DNA of 60,491 nucleotides, from the NCBI GenBank assembly GCA_964619725.1, contig CAZUFC010000043.1:1-60491 (forward strand). Direction: 5' to 3'. Below the pieces are notes generated by a model. It did no database searches and was not told the DNA's origin. It worked only from the letters and a program-made list of their open reading frames with translations. This document shows, piece after piece, positions 1 to 8,828 of the stretch (position 1 is its first letter; the number at the start of each line of letters is the position of its first letter). The position numbers and the translations under genes were made by a program. Source of the stretch: an uncultured bacterium. GTDB taxonomy: Bacteria; CSSED10-310; CAZUFC01.

Positions 1-2
1 GG

Positions 3-193
3 GTTGATTTGATTTTATTTTTTTCCTATGCGCTTATTGAAAAAATCGGCCGGCGTTTGGGTATATTCTTTTTATTTTTGTTTACTTTTTTTTGCCGTTA
101 TGCGTCAGGGTCGGCAGAGAGCGGATCGGAAAGCGGCAGGATGCCGCTTCTACATTCCCTTCGTTCTTTGATTTTTATTTTCAGAATGAATTT
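3..193 (+). repeat. ~190-bp dispersed repeat, copy 1; contains a GTAG-type REP palindrome at 131-153 (minus strand GTAG-AAGCGGCA-TCC-TGCCGCTT)
   Basis: Colinear with 60276-60466, about 10 mismatches by eye; 8-bp stem preceded by GTAG. Confidence 0.9.
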
Positions 194-315
194 AAAACTG
201 CAGGACTTCTGCCGGTTATCCTGCAACCGGAATGGATTTTTTCAGCCATTGGCAGCGAAACATAACACATGTTTGATCAGTCCCGACTCTTGTGAAACCC
301 TGTAAGAAATAGGCT

Positions 316-1113
316 TTAGAGTTTAATTTCCCTGTAGAGTTTTTCGTATAAATTCGGCTGCATATCTTTCAGGAAGGGGAATTTTTTTCTGGTTTGTCGG
401 GGAAGATCGTCATCCAGTTGGGCGTACAGGACCTGTTCGGTTTCGTCCGCTTCTGCAATTATATTTCCGGCCGGATCGATCGCCAGCGACATTCCGGGAT
501 ATTGAATGCCGTCGCCTGTTCCCGTTCGATTGATACCGAGAACGTATGCCTGGCATTCGATTGCTCTTGCTATAAGCAATGCCCTCCAATGAGCGGCTCT
601 TGATTCAGGCCAGTTGGCGGGTATTATGAACAGCTCCGCTCCTTTTCCGGCAGCGTATCGAAATAATTCGGGGAATCTGAGGTCATAACATATAAAGAGG
701 GCTGTTTTAAAATTGTTTAGAGTGAAAAGAGCCGGTTTTTTTCCTTTGTCGTAATGATTGTGTTCATCCAGGAAGCTGAAGGGATGAATTTTATAATATT
801 CCGCCATGATTTCTCCTGAGGGATTAATCACTACGGAACAATTATAGCGTTTTGACGAAACGGATTTGATGCAGGTTCCCTGAACGAAGAGGGAAAAATC
901 TCTTGCCAGACGTTTTAGAAACGCGAACGTAGGTCCGTTAACCTTTTCACCGTATGGCCGGCTTTGCATGGTGAACCCCGTAGCGAACATTTCCGGCAGG
1001 CAGACCAGGTCGACATTTTTCATGTCCTTTTGATTCAGTAGGCTGAGGATTTTTTCAAAGTTTTTTTCTTTGTTTTGCCATACGGTGTCTAATTGTATTA
1101 AAGCGACTTTCAT
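316..1113 (-). CDS. Carbon-nitrogen hydrolase (nitrilase family, omega-amidase YafV/MtnU-like)
   Basis: Catalytic E-K-C motifs CLPEMF, YYKIHPF, ICYDLRFPE; also ARAIE and G.S.AIDP.G motifs. Confidence 0.9.
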   Translation of the reverse strand: MKVALIQLDTVWQNKEKNFEKILSLLNQKDMKNVDLVCLPEMFATGFTMQSRPYGEKVNGPTFAFLKRLARDFSLFVQGTCIKSVSSKRYNCSVVINPSGEIMAEYYKIHPFSFLDEHNHYDKGKKPALFTLNNFKTALFICYDLRFPELFRYAAGKGAELFIIPANWPESRAAHWRALLIARAIECQAYVLGINRTGTGDGIQYPGMSLAIDPAGNIIAEADETEQVLYAQLDDDLPRQTRKKFPFLKDMQPNLYEKLYREIKL

Positions 1114-1134
1114 GGGTATGCTGAGAATCCTTTT

Positions 1135-2175
1135 TTACAGAAGATTTTTCAGGGCGTTCAGGAAGAATTGATTTTCCTGCGGATCGCCGACGGTTACGCG
1201 AAGGTGCCGGATAAGGCCTTTAATCTGGGTGAGATTTCGAATACGGACTCCGGCGTTGACCAAACCATCGAAAATGTGATCCGGGTTGTCGATTTCAAAC
1301 ATGATGAAATTCGCTTCCGACGGATAAACTTTGAGGCCCATACCGGCGAGCTCGTCAGAGAGTTTTTTTCTTTCGCTGCGGATCGTTCGGACGACTTTAC
1401 GCACATGTTTGTTGATTTCCTGATAATTCCGGGCAAGGATAAGATGGAGAAGAGAAAGGTTATAAGGCGCGGTCAGCATGCGTTCCAGCTTGCCGATCAC
1501 TTCGGGATGTCCCAGGGCGTAACCAAGCCTCAATCCGGCCAGGAGTGATTTGGAGCATGATCTTCCGATCAGCAGGTTGGGATGATTTTTCAATTTTGAG
1601 ACGGCAGTTTTTCCTGAAAGGTCATAATAGGCTTCATCCAGGAAAACCAGGGCGGGATGCTCCAGGGCCGACTGGATGACCTCTTCCGAAGTTGTGCCTC
1701 CCGTAGGATTATTGGGCGAGGCGATAAAAATCAGGTCATAGCCTTCAAAATATTGAGGATCAATAATGTAATCAGGACCAAGAAACATCCTGTCTACTTT
1801 TGTTCCCGAGAGATATCTCGCATGAGCCATCATGGGATACGTCGGCTCAAACACCACCGCTTTTTTTCCGGCGCCTCCTGCGAGCCAGTGAGCGCCCTGT
1901 ATCGCCTGGTCGCACCCATGCGTTAAAATCAAGTTTTCCGGTTCGATGTTTAATGTTTCGCCCATGCATTTTTTCGCTTCTTCATATTCGGCGGGTTGAG
2001 GATACCTGTTCCAGTTTGAGCTTTGAAACTCATCCAGAATTCTTCTGCGTAATTCATCGGGTAAATCCCACGGCGTTTCATTCTGATCAAGTTTCGCTTT
2101 GCAGGGAGACTGCGATACCGTAAAAGAAGGCGCATCCGGCAAGTCTGCTCGAAGAAAATTTAAACTCAATTCCAT
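1135..2175 (-). CDS. hisC: Histidinol-phosphate aminotransferase family (PLP class I/II)
   Basis: LDQNETPW, NRYP, SPNNPTG, DEAYY, RSCSKS.LAGLRLGY, SEANFI, LRVTVG; AAGGAG RBS. Substrate not certain. Confidence 0.75.
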   Translation of the reverse strand: MELSLNFLRADLPDAPSFTVSQSPCKAKLDQNETPWDLPDELRRRILDEFQSSNWNRYPQPAEYEEAKKCMGETLNIEPENLILTHGCDQAIQGAHWLAGGAGKKAVVFEPTYPMMAHARYLSGTKVDRMFLGPDYIIDPQYFEGYDLIFIASPNNPTGGTTSEEVIQSALEHPALVFLDEAYYDLSGKTAVSKLKNHPNLLIGRSCSKSLLAGLRLGYALGHPEVIGKLERMLTAPYNLSLLHLILARNYQEINKHVRKVVRTIRSERKKLSDELAGMGLKVYPSEANFIMFEIDNPDHIFDGLVNAGVRIRNLTQIKGLIRHLRVTVGDPQENQFFLNALKNLL

Positions 2176-2292
2176 CGACTCCTTTCCGTTCCAGTATGAA
2201 TTGTGACGTTGCCTTTATTTATGCAATAAAGAGCGGGTCAGCATAAGTCCATATCACGATTCATCGGAAATATACAGTAAAAGTCGTTTGAA

Positions 2293-2740
2293 GGAATCGG
2301 GGTCGGTATCGAAACAAACGGTTTCTGATGAAAAAAAGCAGCGGTGAATTGTTCAAGCAGATAATTGTAGGCAAGGATCAGTAGTTTAATGGGGATTTCA
2401 AACAAGGGATTTATGAAAAAGTGCAGCCCCGGTATGAACAGTCCCAAAATTCCGTTTTTTCAGTGTGAAGGTTAATTTTCTGATGCGGGTTTTAATTAGA
2501 CAAATTATTTTATATTCCAAAAGTCCCTTCTGTCCAGGACCACAGGGCCGGAAAGGACGACAGGATTCATTTTATACGCTTCAAAAATTCCGGCGCTGAT
2601 CAGATATTCGTTTTTCGAGTTTACATTTTTTTGCAGACTTGAATAATGGTGAAGTTTTGAAAAGATAATAAAGACATAACAAAACTGCTTGCAATTATGT
2701 ATTGCGATTTCGATCCCGACCCCGACCCCGATCCTGACCT
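2293..2740. repeat. Inverted pair of hexamer-periodic tracts (GGAATCGGGGTCGGTATCGAAA ... TTTCGATCCCGACCCCGACCCC)
   Basis: The two tracts are near reverse complements about 400 bp apart; similar tracts at 8551-8570, 24934-24960 and 25410-25434. Confidence 0.6.
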
Positions 2741-2787
2741 CGGCGCCGGCCAATTCGGCGAGTGATATGACAATCAACCGGACTTCG

Positions 2788-5700
2788 TTAATAAGGAATC
2801 CAGGTAAAGGAGGTTTCGCTGATTTGACCTATTAGGTTTTGAGACGAAGAATCAGTGAGTCCTCCATAAACGTATATTTCATAGGGGACGCCGGAATAAT
2901 CGGGCCAGGGGAATTGCAGAATGACGTCCTGTAGCAGAATTTCAGGCAGGAATCCTTCGCTGCCGTGAGCGATTTCGTTCCATTCAGGCCAGAATAAGAT
3001 GGAATCCCGGATTTGAAAGGCGAGATAAAAAACGATATTCCGGGGGGCTCCGAAACGATTATCCAACGTGAAGTTCATCAGGAAAGGCTCACCGGGTTGG
3101 AACTGGTATTGATTCAAGTTGAGCTGAAGGATGGGGACGCGGGGGAAACTTAAAGAAAACAGGCCGTGTCCATGAATCCCCAGGTGAATGTGTCCCTGAT
3201 CGATTTCCGTCTGCAGGCTATCATCGGAATCGACCAGGCAGGTAAAGGCATCGGCATTTTCCAGGATGTTGCTCTGGAGGCCCTGGCTCATATCAGTCCA
3301 GGAGTCGCCGTCGTTGAAACTGTAGTAGATTCCGCCGTCTGCAGCGGCCCACAAATGATGCGGCAGCTCTGTGTCCCAGGTCAGAGAAAGAATATTGCCT
3401 TCAATTACCGGTCCGGTTTGCACTTTAGTCCATCGAGAATCTGAGACGTTTTTACGGAAGAGGCATGAGCCTGCTGCGGTCCAGAGGTTTTGACCGGCAG
3501 GCCGGTAATTTATGAACGGGCATGAGGGATCGGAGCCGAGACCATTGTTTAGGTTTTGCCAATGGCGTTCGGGAGGGAAATCAGGGTCTGGAGGATACTG
3601 AAAGATGCCGCCCGGCATCATTGACGCCAGGAGGGTTTGATCGGGGAGCGTAATCAAATCAGTCACGAGGCCGTCGACGGGCGGTGAGGCGACCTGTATC
3701 CAGTTTTCCCCGAAATCTTCGCTGATGTAGAAAACCGGTTCTTCAGCGGCTTCGCCGACCCAGATGACGCGCTTTCCGACGATATCTTCCTGGCATGCGA
3801 TGACGCCCAGGTTTCTGTCGTCTTCACCGATTCCGTTATTTTTCGATTCCCACCGGCCATAGTCCGCGCTTCTGTAAACTCCTTCCGAAGTAACGAGAAA
3901 AAGATACTGGATACCTTCAAAGTCAGGAACCCATTTGATGCCTCTAACCGCCGGATATGACCCATCCTCGTAGGGCAAACCCATATTAATCTGACCCCAG
4001 TCGACTCCGTAATCCTTGCTGATGTATACGCCGTAATCGGACGTTCCTGCAAGATAGCATCCGGTATCGACGGGATGCCTGTATTCCGTCAGAAGATAAG
4101 GAGAAATGCCCAGCGCCGTTGTGGTGGCGGTCCAGGATTCGCCGTCGTCGACGGATTTGAAAACGCCGGAATGGTGGGACCCCGCAAAAAGCAACTCGGA
4201 CCTTCGGGGAGAGCGCAGTAAAGAGGTGATTTGCCTGGCGCCTAATCCTTCAACGCATTTCGTCCATTCGATTCCTCCGTCCGTCGAATGATAAACGCCG
4301 AAATAAGTTCCTATGAAAAGGTCTTGTTCGTCCTGAGGATGGACGGCAATGGAACGTATTTCCTTGCGACAAATCGTTTGAGACATCTCTTGCCAATGCA
4401 GGCCGCAGTCGCTCGAACAGAAGAAGCTCTTTTCCGATCCGGCGTAAAATATGTTCTGATCGCCATGCGGTCCGGATAAACTGTAAATTACGACATCTTC
4501 GGCGCCTTCTGCCGCTTGCCAGTTTACACCGTCATCCAGGCTGTAATATATGCCTTTGCTTGTGCCTGCGAAAATCCTGGAGGGATTGGAGTCATCAAAC
4601 AAAATGGTATGACAATCTAAAAAGCCTATTTCATGAGCCAGTGAATTCCAATGCAATCCTGCGTCTGTCGATTTGAATAATCCTGAACCGCCGGCTCCTG
4701 CGTAAAAAACATCAGGATTTTCAGGATGAATCGCCACCGACATTATGTCCGAAGCCGGCAAATCCTGATTCAAACCGGTCCAATTCATGCCGTCGTCGTC
4801 CGAAAGGCAGACGCCCATGTCGCCGCCTATTAATACCCGGGACTCCGACAGATTGGACGCCTCGACTGATTTGACGTTCACCTGGCCTAAAACGCCTGTT
4901 ATGTTGGACCAGGAAAGTCCGCCGTCGCATGTGAGATAGAGTCCGTTCTGAGTGGCGGCATACAGTTGTTCGTCATTCTGATGCCTGAATTGAAGCTGGT
5001 GAGTCCTGGTGTGACCGAGGCCGTTTCCCTGCTGAAACCATAAGGAACCTCCGTCGGAAGTCCTGAAGACGCCTAAAGTCGTCCCCGCGAACATGAGATC
5101 GTGATTCAAAGGAGACAGCGCCAGGCAATTCGTTATGGTATTCTCAAGCCCTCTGTCAAAAAGTTCCCATTCGTCTGCGGAACCTTTCCAGATGCCTGAA
5201 GCAGATACGGCAAAAATAATCCCTGAATGTTCGGTCACAATAACCTGCTTCACCTCCTCATTCAGATAGTCCTCCGCTATTTGCTCAGCACAGCCCGTAT
5301 CGATGTTTATCGCATACAAACCGTCTTCGGTCGCGGCAAAAAGAGCGTCGGGCTCCGAAGGATCGAAGCAAATATCGTTGATCTTTTTGCCGGTAAGTCC
5401 CTGGGCAGCCGGAATCCATTCCGCCGATTCATATTGCAGCTTGAATATCCCCTCTGTCGTTCCTATGCAGAATTCAGATTCAGGCGAATTCCTGACGGCT
5501 GCTGACAGGATTTTCAGGTTTGAAAGGTTAAACGTTATGTCTTCCCATTCATCACCCATAACATCGTAAATGAAAACCTTGCCTTCTGCATCGCCGGGCA
5601 GTTCTTCCTCTCCTGATTCTTCGACTCCTACGATCAGTGAAGGAGAGCCATTCAGGAGGACACCGCAAATGTCGGAAACCTGTATTTTTTCCGGCGGAGA

Positions 5701-6093
5701 TTCAATCAAATGCCATGACACGCCGTCGTTGATCGAGTATAATACCGATCCTCCGTAAAGAGGCGCTTTGATTCCGGCGAAAAGGAATCCTGGAATAATT
5801 TCCGTTGAATGCAATACTGAAATGACCCCGTATTTTTGTCCGATATCCTGATTGGTCCACGAATAACCGCCGTCTTCAGAGCGGTAAATGCCGTTTTCGG
5901 TGCCTGCGATGACTATATCGGCGTCCGAAGGGCTGATCCATAACGAATGGATGTTTTCATGGAATAAACCATGAGTTCCCAGGCAGGTCCAATAAAGATT
6001 ACCTGAGAGAGCGGCGGGACATTCCGGAAACGTGGACAGAATGAAAATTCCGAGAGCGACGGCAGTCATTAAAAAGTATTTATTTCTTTTCAT
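2788..6093 (-). CDS. Secreted Asp-box/BNR (VPS10/YCF48-like) multi-beta-propeller protein with conserved C-terminal domain
   Basis: N-terminal signal peptide; many S/T.D.G..W Asp-box repeats; C-terminal ~115 aa aligns with the end of 14068-18900; GAGGTG RBS. Confidence 0.85.
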   Translation of the reverse strand: MKRNKYFLMTAVALGIFILSTFPECPAALSGNLYWTCLGTHGLFHENIHSLWISPSDADIVIAGTENGIYRSEDGGYSWTNQDIGQKYGVISVLHSTEIIPGFLFAGIKAPLYGGSVLYSINDGVSWHLIESPPEKIQVSDICGVLLNGSPSLIVGVEESGEEELPGDAEGKVFIYDVMGDEWEDITFNLSNLKILSAAVRNSPESEFCIGTTEGIFKLQYESAEWIPAAQGLTGKKINDICFDPSEPDALFAATEDGLYAINIDTGCAEQIAEDYLNEEVKQVIVTEHSGIIFAVSASGIWKGSADEWELFDRGLENTITNCLALSPLNHDLMFAGTTLGVFRTSDGGSLWFQQGNGLGHTRTHQLQFRHQNDEQLYAATQNGLYLTCDGGLSWSNITGVLGQVNVKSVEASNLSESRVLIGGDMGVCLSDDDGMNWTGLNQDLPASDIMSVAIHPENPDVFYAGAGGSGLFKSTDAGLHWNSLAHEIGFLDCHTILFDDSNPSRIFAGTSKGIYYSLDDGVNWQAAEGAEDVVIYSLSGPHGDQNIFYAGSEKSFFCSSDCGLHWQEMSQTICRKEIRSIAVHPQDEQDLFIGTYFGVYHSTDGGIEWTKCVEGLGARQITSLLRSPRRSELLFAGSHHSGVFKSVDDGESWTATTTALGISPYLLTEYRHPVDTGCYLAGTSDYGVYISKDYGVDWGQINMGLPYEDGSYPAVRGIKWVPDFEGIQYLFLVTSEGVYRSADYGRWESKNNGIGEDDRNLGVIACQEDIVGKRVIWVGEAAEEPVFYISEDFGENWIQVASPPVDGLVTDLITLPDQTLLASMMPGGIFQYPPDPDFPPERHWQNLNNGLGSDPSCPFINYRPAGQNLWTAAGSCLFRKNVSDSRWTKVQTGPVIEGNILSLTWDTELPHHLWAAADGGIYYSFNDGDSWTDMSQGLQSNILENADAFTCLVDSDDSLQTEIDQGHIHLGIHGHGLFSLSFPRVPILQLNLNQYQFQPGEPFLMNFTLDNRFGAPRNIVFYLAFQIRDSILFWPEWNEIAHGSEGFLPEILLQDVILQFPWPDYSGVPYEIYVYGGLTDSSSQNLIGQISETSFTWIPY

Positions 6094-6108
6094 TCAAGAT
6101 CACCTCGA

Positions 6109-8166
6109 TTATAAAAGTCCCCTGTTCGAGTCCAGGTGTTGGAAGACGCGCAAAAGATCAGAGCGGTATTTGTTGGGGACTCTTCTTAAAAGGCCTTTCC
6201 GAGATTTATCATCTTTTTTTTCAGATAATTCTTCTATTTTTTTCATAATCAGTCTTTCGACTTTTTCACGATTGCCGATTTTATCGCCGGCGAAAATATT
6301 CAGCAGATTCTCCCTGGTGTTTTCCGGTGGGAGGTTCATGAGGAAGCGTGCGAGGAGTCCGATGAAATGATAATTCAGGGTTCTTCCTGTAATGGTGGGA
6401 AGGTTTCCGCTGTTTTTCAATTCTGCTGCAGCGGCTTTGAAGCTGAAACCGTATTCGTTCAAAGCATCGATTTCCATTTTTTCGCGAACGTCCAGAGAAA
6501 CGGGGAGGTTCTGCCTGTCGATATTCGAGGCCGGTCTAACGGATGAGGGCGTAGGAATAAAAATCAGGTCGTCGGCCTTGATTTCCGTTTTATCCTGGTT
6601 CATTAAAAGGGTGTTTCGGATGCAACTCTGGAGCTCCCGCACATTGCCGGGCCAGTCGTGCATCTGAAGTCTTTCCACTGCATTTTCGGTAAAAACCGGC
6701 GGAGTGTAATCAGCGCCCATATCGGCCATGACGGTTGAGTTTTGGAGGAAATTTTCCAGCAGATCGGGAATATCGTCGAGTCTGTCCCGCAAGGGTGGTA
6801 TCAGAACCGGAAAACTGGCCAGCCGATAATATAAGTCCTCTCGAAATACTCCTCGTTTGACCTCCTCATGCAAAGGACGATTCGTGGCCGCGATAATTCT
6901 GACGTCCACGGGGATCAACGAAGACGCTCCTTCAGGCCAAACTTTCCTCTCCTGGAGAACCCGTAAAAACTGAGATTGATGTTCGAGAGGCAGAGAACTC
7001 ACTTCATCGATAAAAAGAGTTCCCCCATGAGCGAGCTGAAATTTTCCGGTCTGTTTTTTTACGCCGGTAAATCGCCGGTCTTCACAACCGAACAATGTAA
7101 CTCCCCAGGATTCGGGATGCACCGTTCCGCAGTCCACAACCACAAAAGGTTTATTTTTCCTTTTGCTTTCATAATGGATGGCTCGGGCCGCCAATTCTTT
7201 TCCGGAACCCGTCTCACCCGTCAATAAAACGGTTACTTCACTCTGACCCGCTATCTTCAACTGTTTAAAAAGTTTCTTCATAGGAGCGGAATTACCGGCG
7301 ATCTCTTCAAAGCTTTTGCGGCCCGATATCTGGCGAATCAGGCGCCTGTTTTTTTCCTTCAAATCCTTCAGAAGTTCCACATTCTGCAGGGCAACAGTCG
7401 CTGCTTCGCCGACCGCTTCCACCAGTTCCAGGTCGTATTCCGAAAAATTCATCCGTTTTTCAGGATGGTCGATGTATATGATGCCGGTTAATTTACCTTC
7501 CGACTCTATTTCAAAAGGTACGCAGATTACCGATCTCAGACGTTTCGCCTGTATGCTGTACATTCGCTTCGAATATTCGCTCGTTAACGCATCCTCAAGC
7601 AGCAAAGGCTTTTTCGCTTCAACCGTCTCCAATATGATGCTCCGCCCCACATGCTCCTGAGGACTGGTTAGTTCCTCTCTTTTCATATTTCGGGATACCT
7701 TGAAATCTATCGACCCGTCTTCATGGACCAAAGCCAATATCCCCCTGTGCGCATCCGTTACCGATATGACCGTATCCAGCACCCTCTCGAATAAATCGGA
7801 TACCTCCGATGAATAACTTCGAAACGTATGAATCACCTTGCGCAGCGCCTGCATGTATCGCCCCGAATCACCATCGCCGTCCCCGCTGCCGCTTAATCCT
7901 GTTTCCAAAGATTCTACGCTTCGACGGATATTCATTATCTCAGTAAATAGTTGCTCCTCCGCTTTATTTATTCTGCCGTAAAGATTCCTGCCAGATACCC
8001 CCTGTAAGCCCCTGTCCTTTTCTCCAGTCATGACCAGGCCTGAACCGACTTCCTCCTTTAACTCGCTTAACTCACGCTCCACCAATAAACCCAATTCCGT
8101 TAATCCTTTTATCGATTCTTTCAGCTTATTCAGCGTCTCATTTTTATTCTTATCGTTTTTTTTCAT
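6109..8166 (-). CDS. GAF-domain sigma-54 interaction (bEBP/NtrC-type AAA+) transcriptional regulator
   Basis: N-terminal coiled coil; GAF (RSVICVPF..GIIYID); Walker A GETGSGKE; Walker B LFIDEV; RIIAATNR, FREDLYYRL, WPGNVREL; GAFTGA loop reads RRFTGV. Confidence 0.92.
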   Translation of the reverse strand: MKKNDKNKNETLNKLKESIKGLTELGLLVERELSELKEEVGSGLVMTGEKDRGLQGVSGRNLYGRINKAEEQLFTEIMNIRRSVESLETGLSGSGDGDGDSGRYMQALRKVIHTFRSYSSEVSDLFERVLDTVISVTDAHRGILALVHEDGSIDFKVSRNMKREELTSPQEHVGRSIILETVEAKKPLLLEDALTSEYSKRMYSIQAKRLRSVICVPFEIESEGKLTGIIYIDHPEKRMNFSEYDLELVEAVGEAATVALQNVELLKDLKEKNRRLIRQISGRKSFEEIAGNSAPMKKLFKQLKIAGQSEVTVLLTGETGSGKELAARAIHYESKRKNKPFVVVDCGTVHPESWGVTLFGCEDRRFTGVKKQTGKFQLAHGGTLFIDEVSSLPLEHQSQFLRVLQERKVWPEGASSLIPVDVRIIAATNRPLHEEVKRGVFREDLYYRLASFPVLIPPLRDRLDDIPDLLENFLQNSTVMADMGADYTPPVFTENAVERLQMHDWPGNVRELQSCIRNTLLMNQDKTEIKADDLIFIPTPSSVRPASNIDRQNLPVSLDVREKMEIDALNEYGFSFKAAAAELKNSGNLPTITGRTLNYHFIGLLARFLMNLPPENTRENLLNIFAGDKIGNREKVERLIMKKIEELSEKKDDKSRKGLLRRVPNKYRSDLLRVFQHLDSNRGLL

Positions 8167-8589
8167 TGCTGCTTCCTATTGAATTCATCAGGTCTTCCCT
8201 TACAATAATAACCTGATTCTCCACCAAACTTCAAGGCAAAAAGCGTTCCAAAAAAAGAAGTTAAATTTCAAGGACCTTTTTTATTAATAATTTAACTCCA
8301 TTCATCAAGGCGCGGTTAATTATAGTTTTTTACTCCTGGCGGTTTCTCGTGCACACAAAAGCGCGTACCGTTGCGCCGGCGTGCACTGTGAGAGGCTCCT
8401 GCTTGGGAATACTTATTCGTATAAGCTTTACTTCATTACTTTTCAATATCTTAGCTGATGAATCGTCGCGGTTGTCGGAATACAGTACGAGATGCCGTTT
8501 AAATTCAATTTCGGCTGAATGGGCGTAAAGTTTAAATTCGACAACGCAAGGATCACGATCACGACAACGAATGCATTTTAACGTTTTTT

Positions 8590-8817
8590 GGACAATGATC
8601 AAAAATGCGTTTTTTAAGATTAAAATTCGACCGAATATCCGATCATTCTGGTTCGATTTAGATAGTGCCTGTCCATAAACTCGATTGTCGATTCAAAATT
8701 TAAACTCGATTGTCGATTCAAAATTTAATGCTGGACAGTCACTAGATAGCGACTTCGATAACCGAAACAAGCTGTCAAACTTTTAAAAAAAGTGTACCCG
8801 CGGTTTGATCAGTCACC
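8590..8817. mobile_element. MITE-like element (family A, ends ~TGATCAAA...TTTGATCA) carrying a nested insertion
   Basis: Aligns with 24875-25011 apart from an 84-bp insert; related right ends at 270-286, ~2410-2445 and 25549-25565. Confidence 0.6.
8665..8742. mobile_element. Mini inverted-repeat element (family B, GTGCCTGTCCA...TGGACAGTCAC) with internal 25-bp tandem duplication and TAGATA flanking duplication
   Basis: Terminal inverted repeats; TAAACTCGATTGTCGATTCAAAATT twice (8676-8725); TAGATA at 8659-8664 and 8743-8748. Confidence 0.7.
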
Positions 8818-8828
8818 TGCTTCATACG

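Noticed and set aside
9-305. 98-aa ORF at the window start
   Set aside because: Translation of a T-rich non-coding repeat; low complexity, start is not ATG
2238-2777. ORFs 2238-2447 and 2505-2777
   Set aside because: Their VGVGIEI and SIPTPIP segments are translations of the hexamer tracts; no RBS or domain
8330-8602. 90-aa minus-strand ORF between the kinase and the bEBP
   Set aside because: Starts inside a MITE end and spans a repeat tract; no recognisable domain
8676-8725. Mini-CRISPR or iterons
   Set aside because: Only two abutting 25-bp copies, explained as an internal duplication of a 53-bp element
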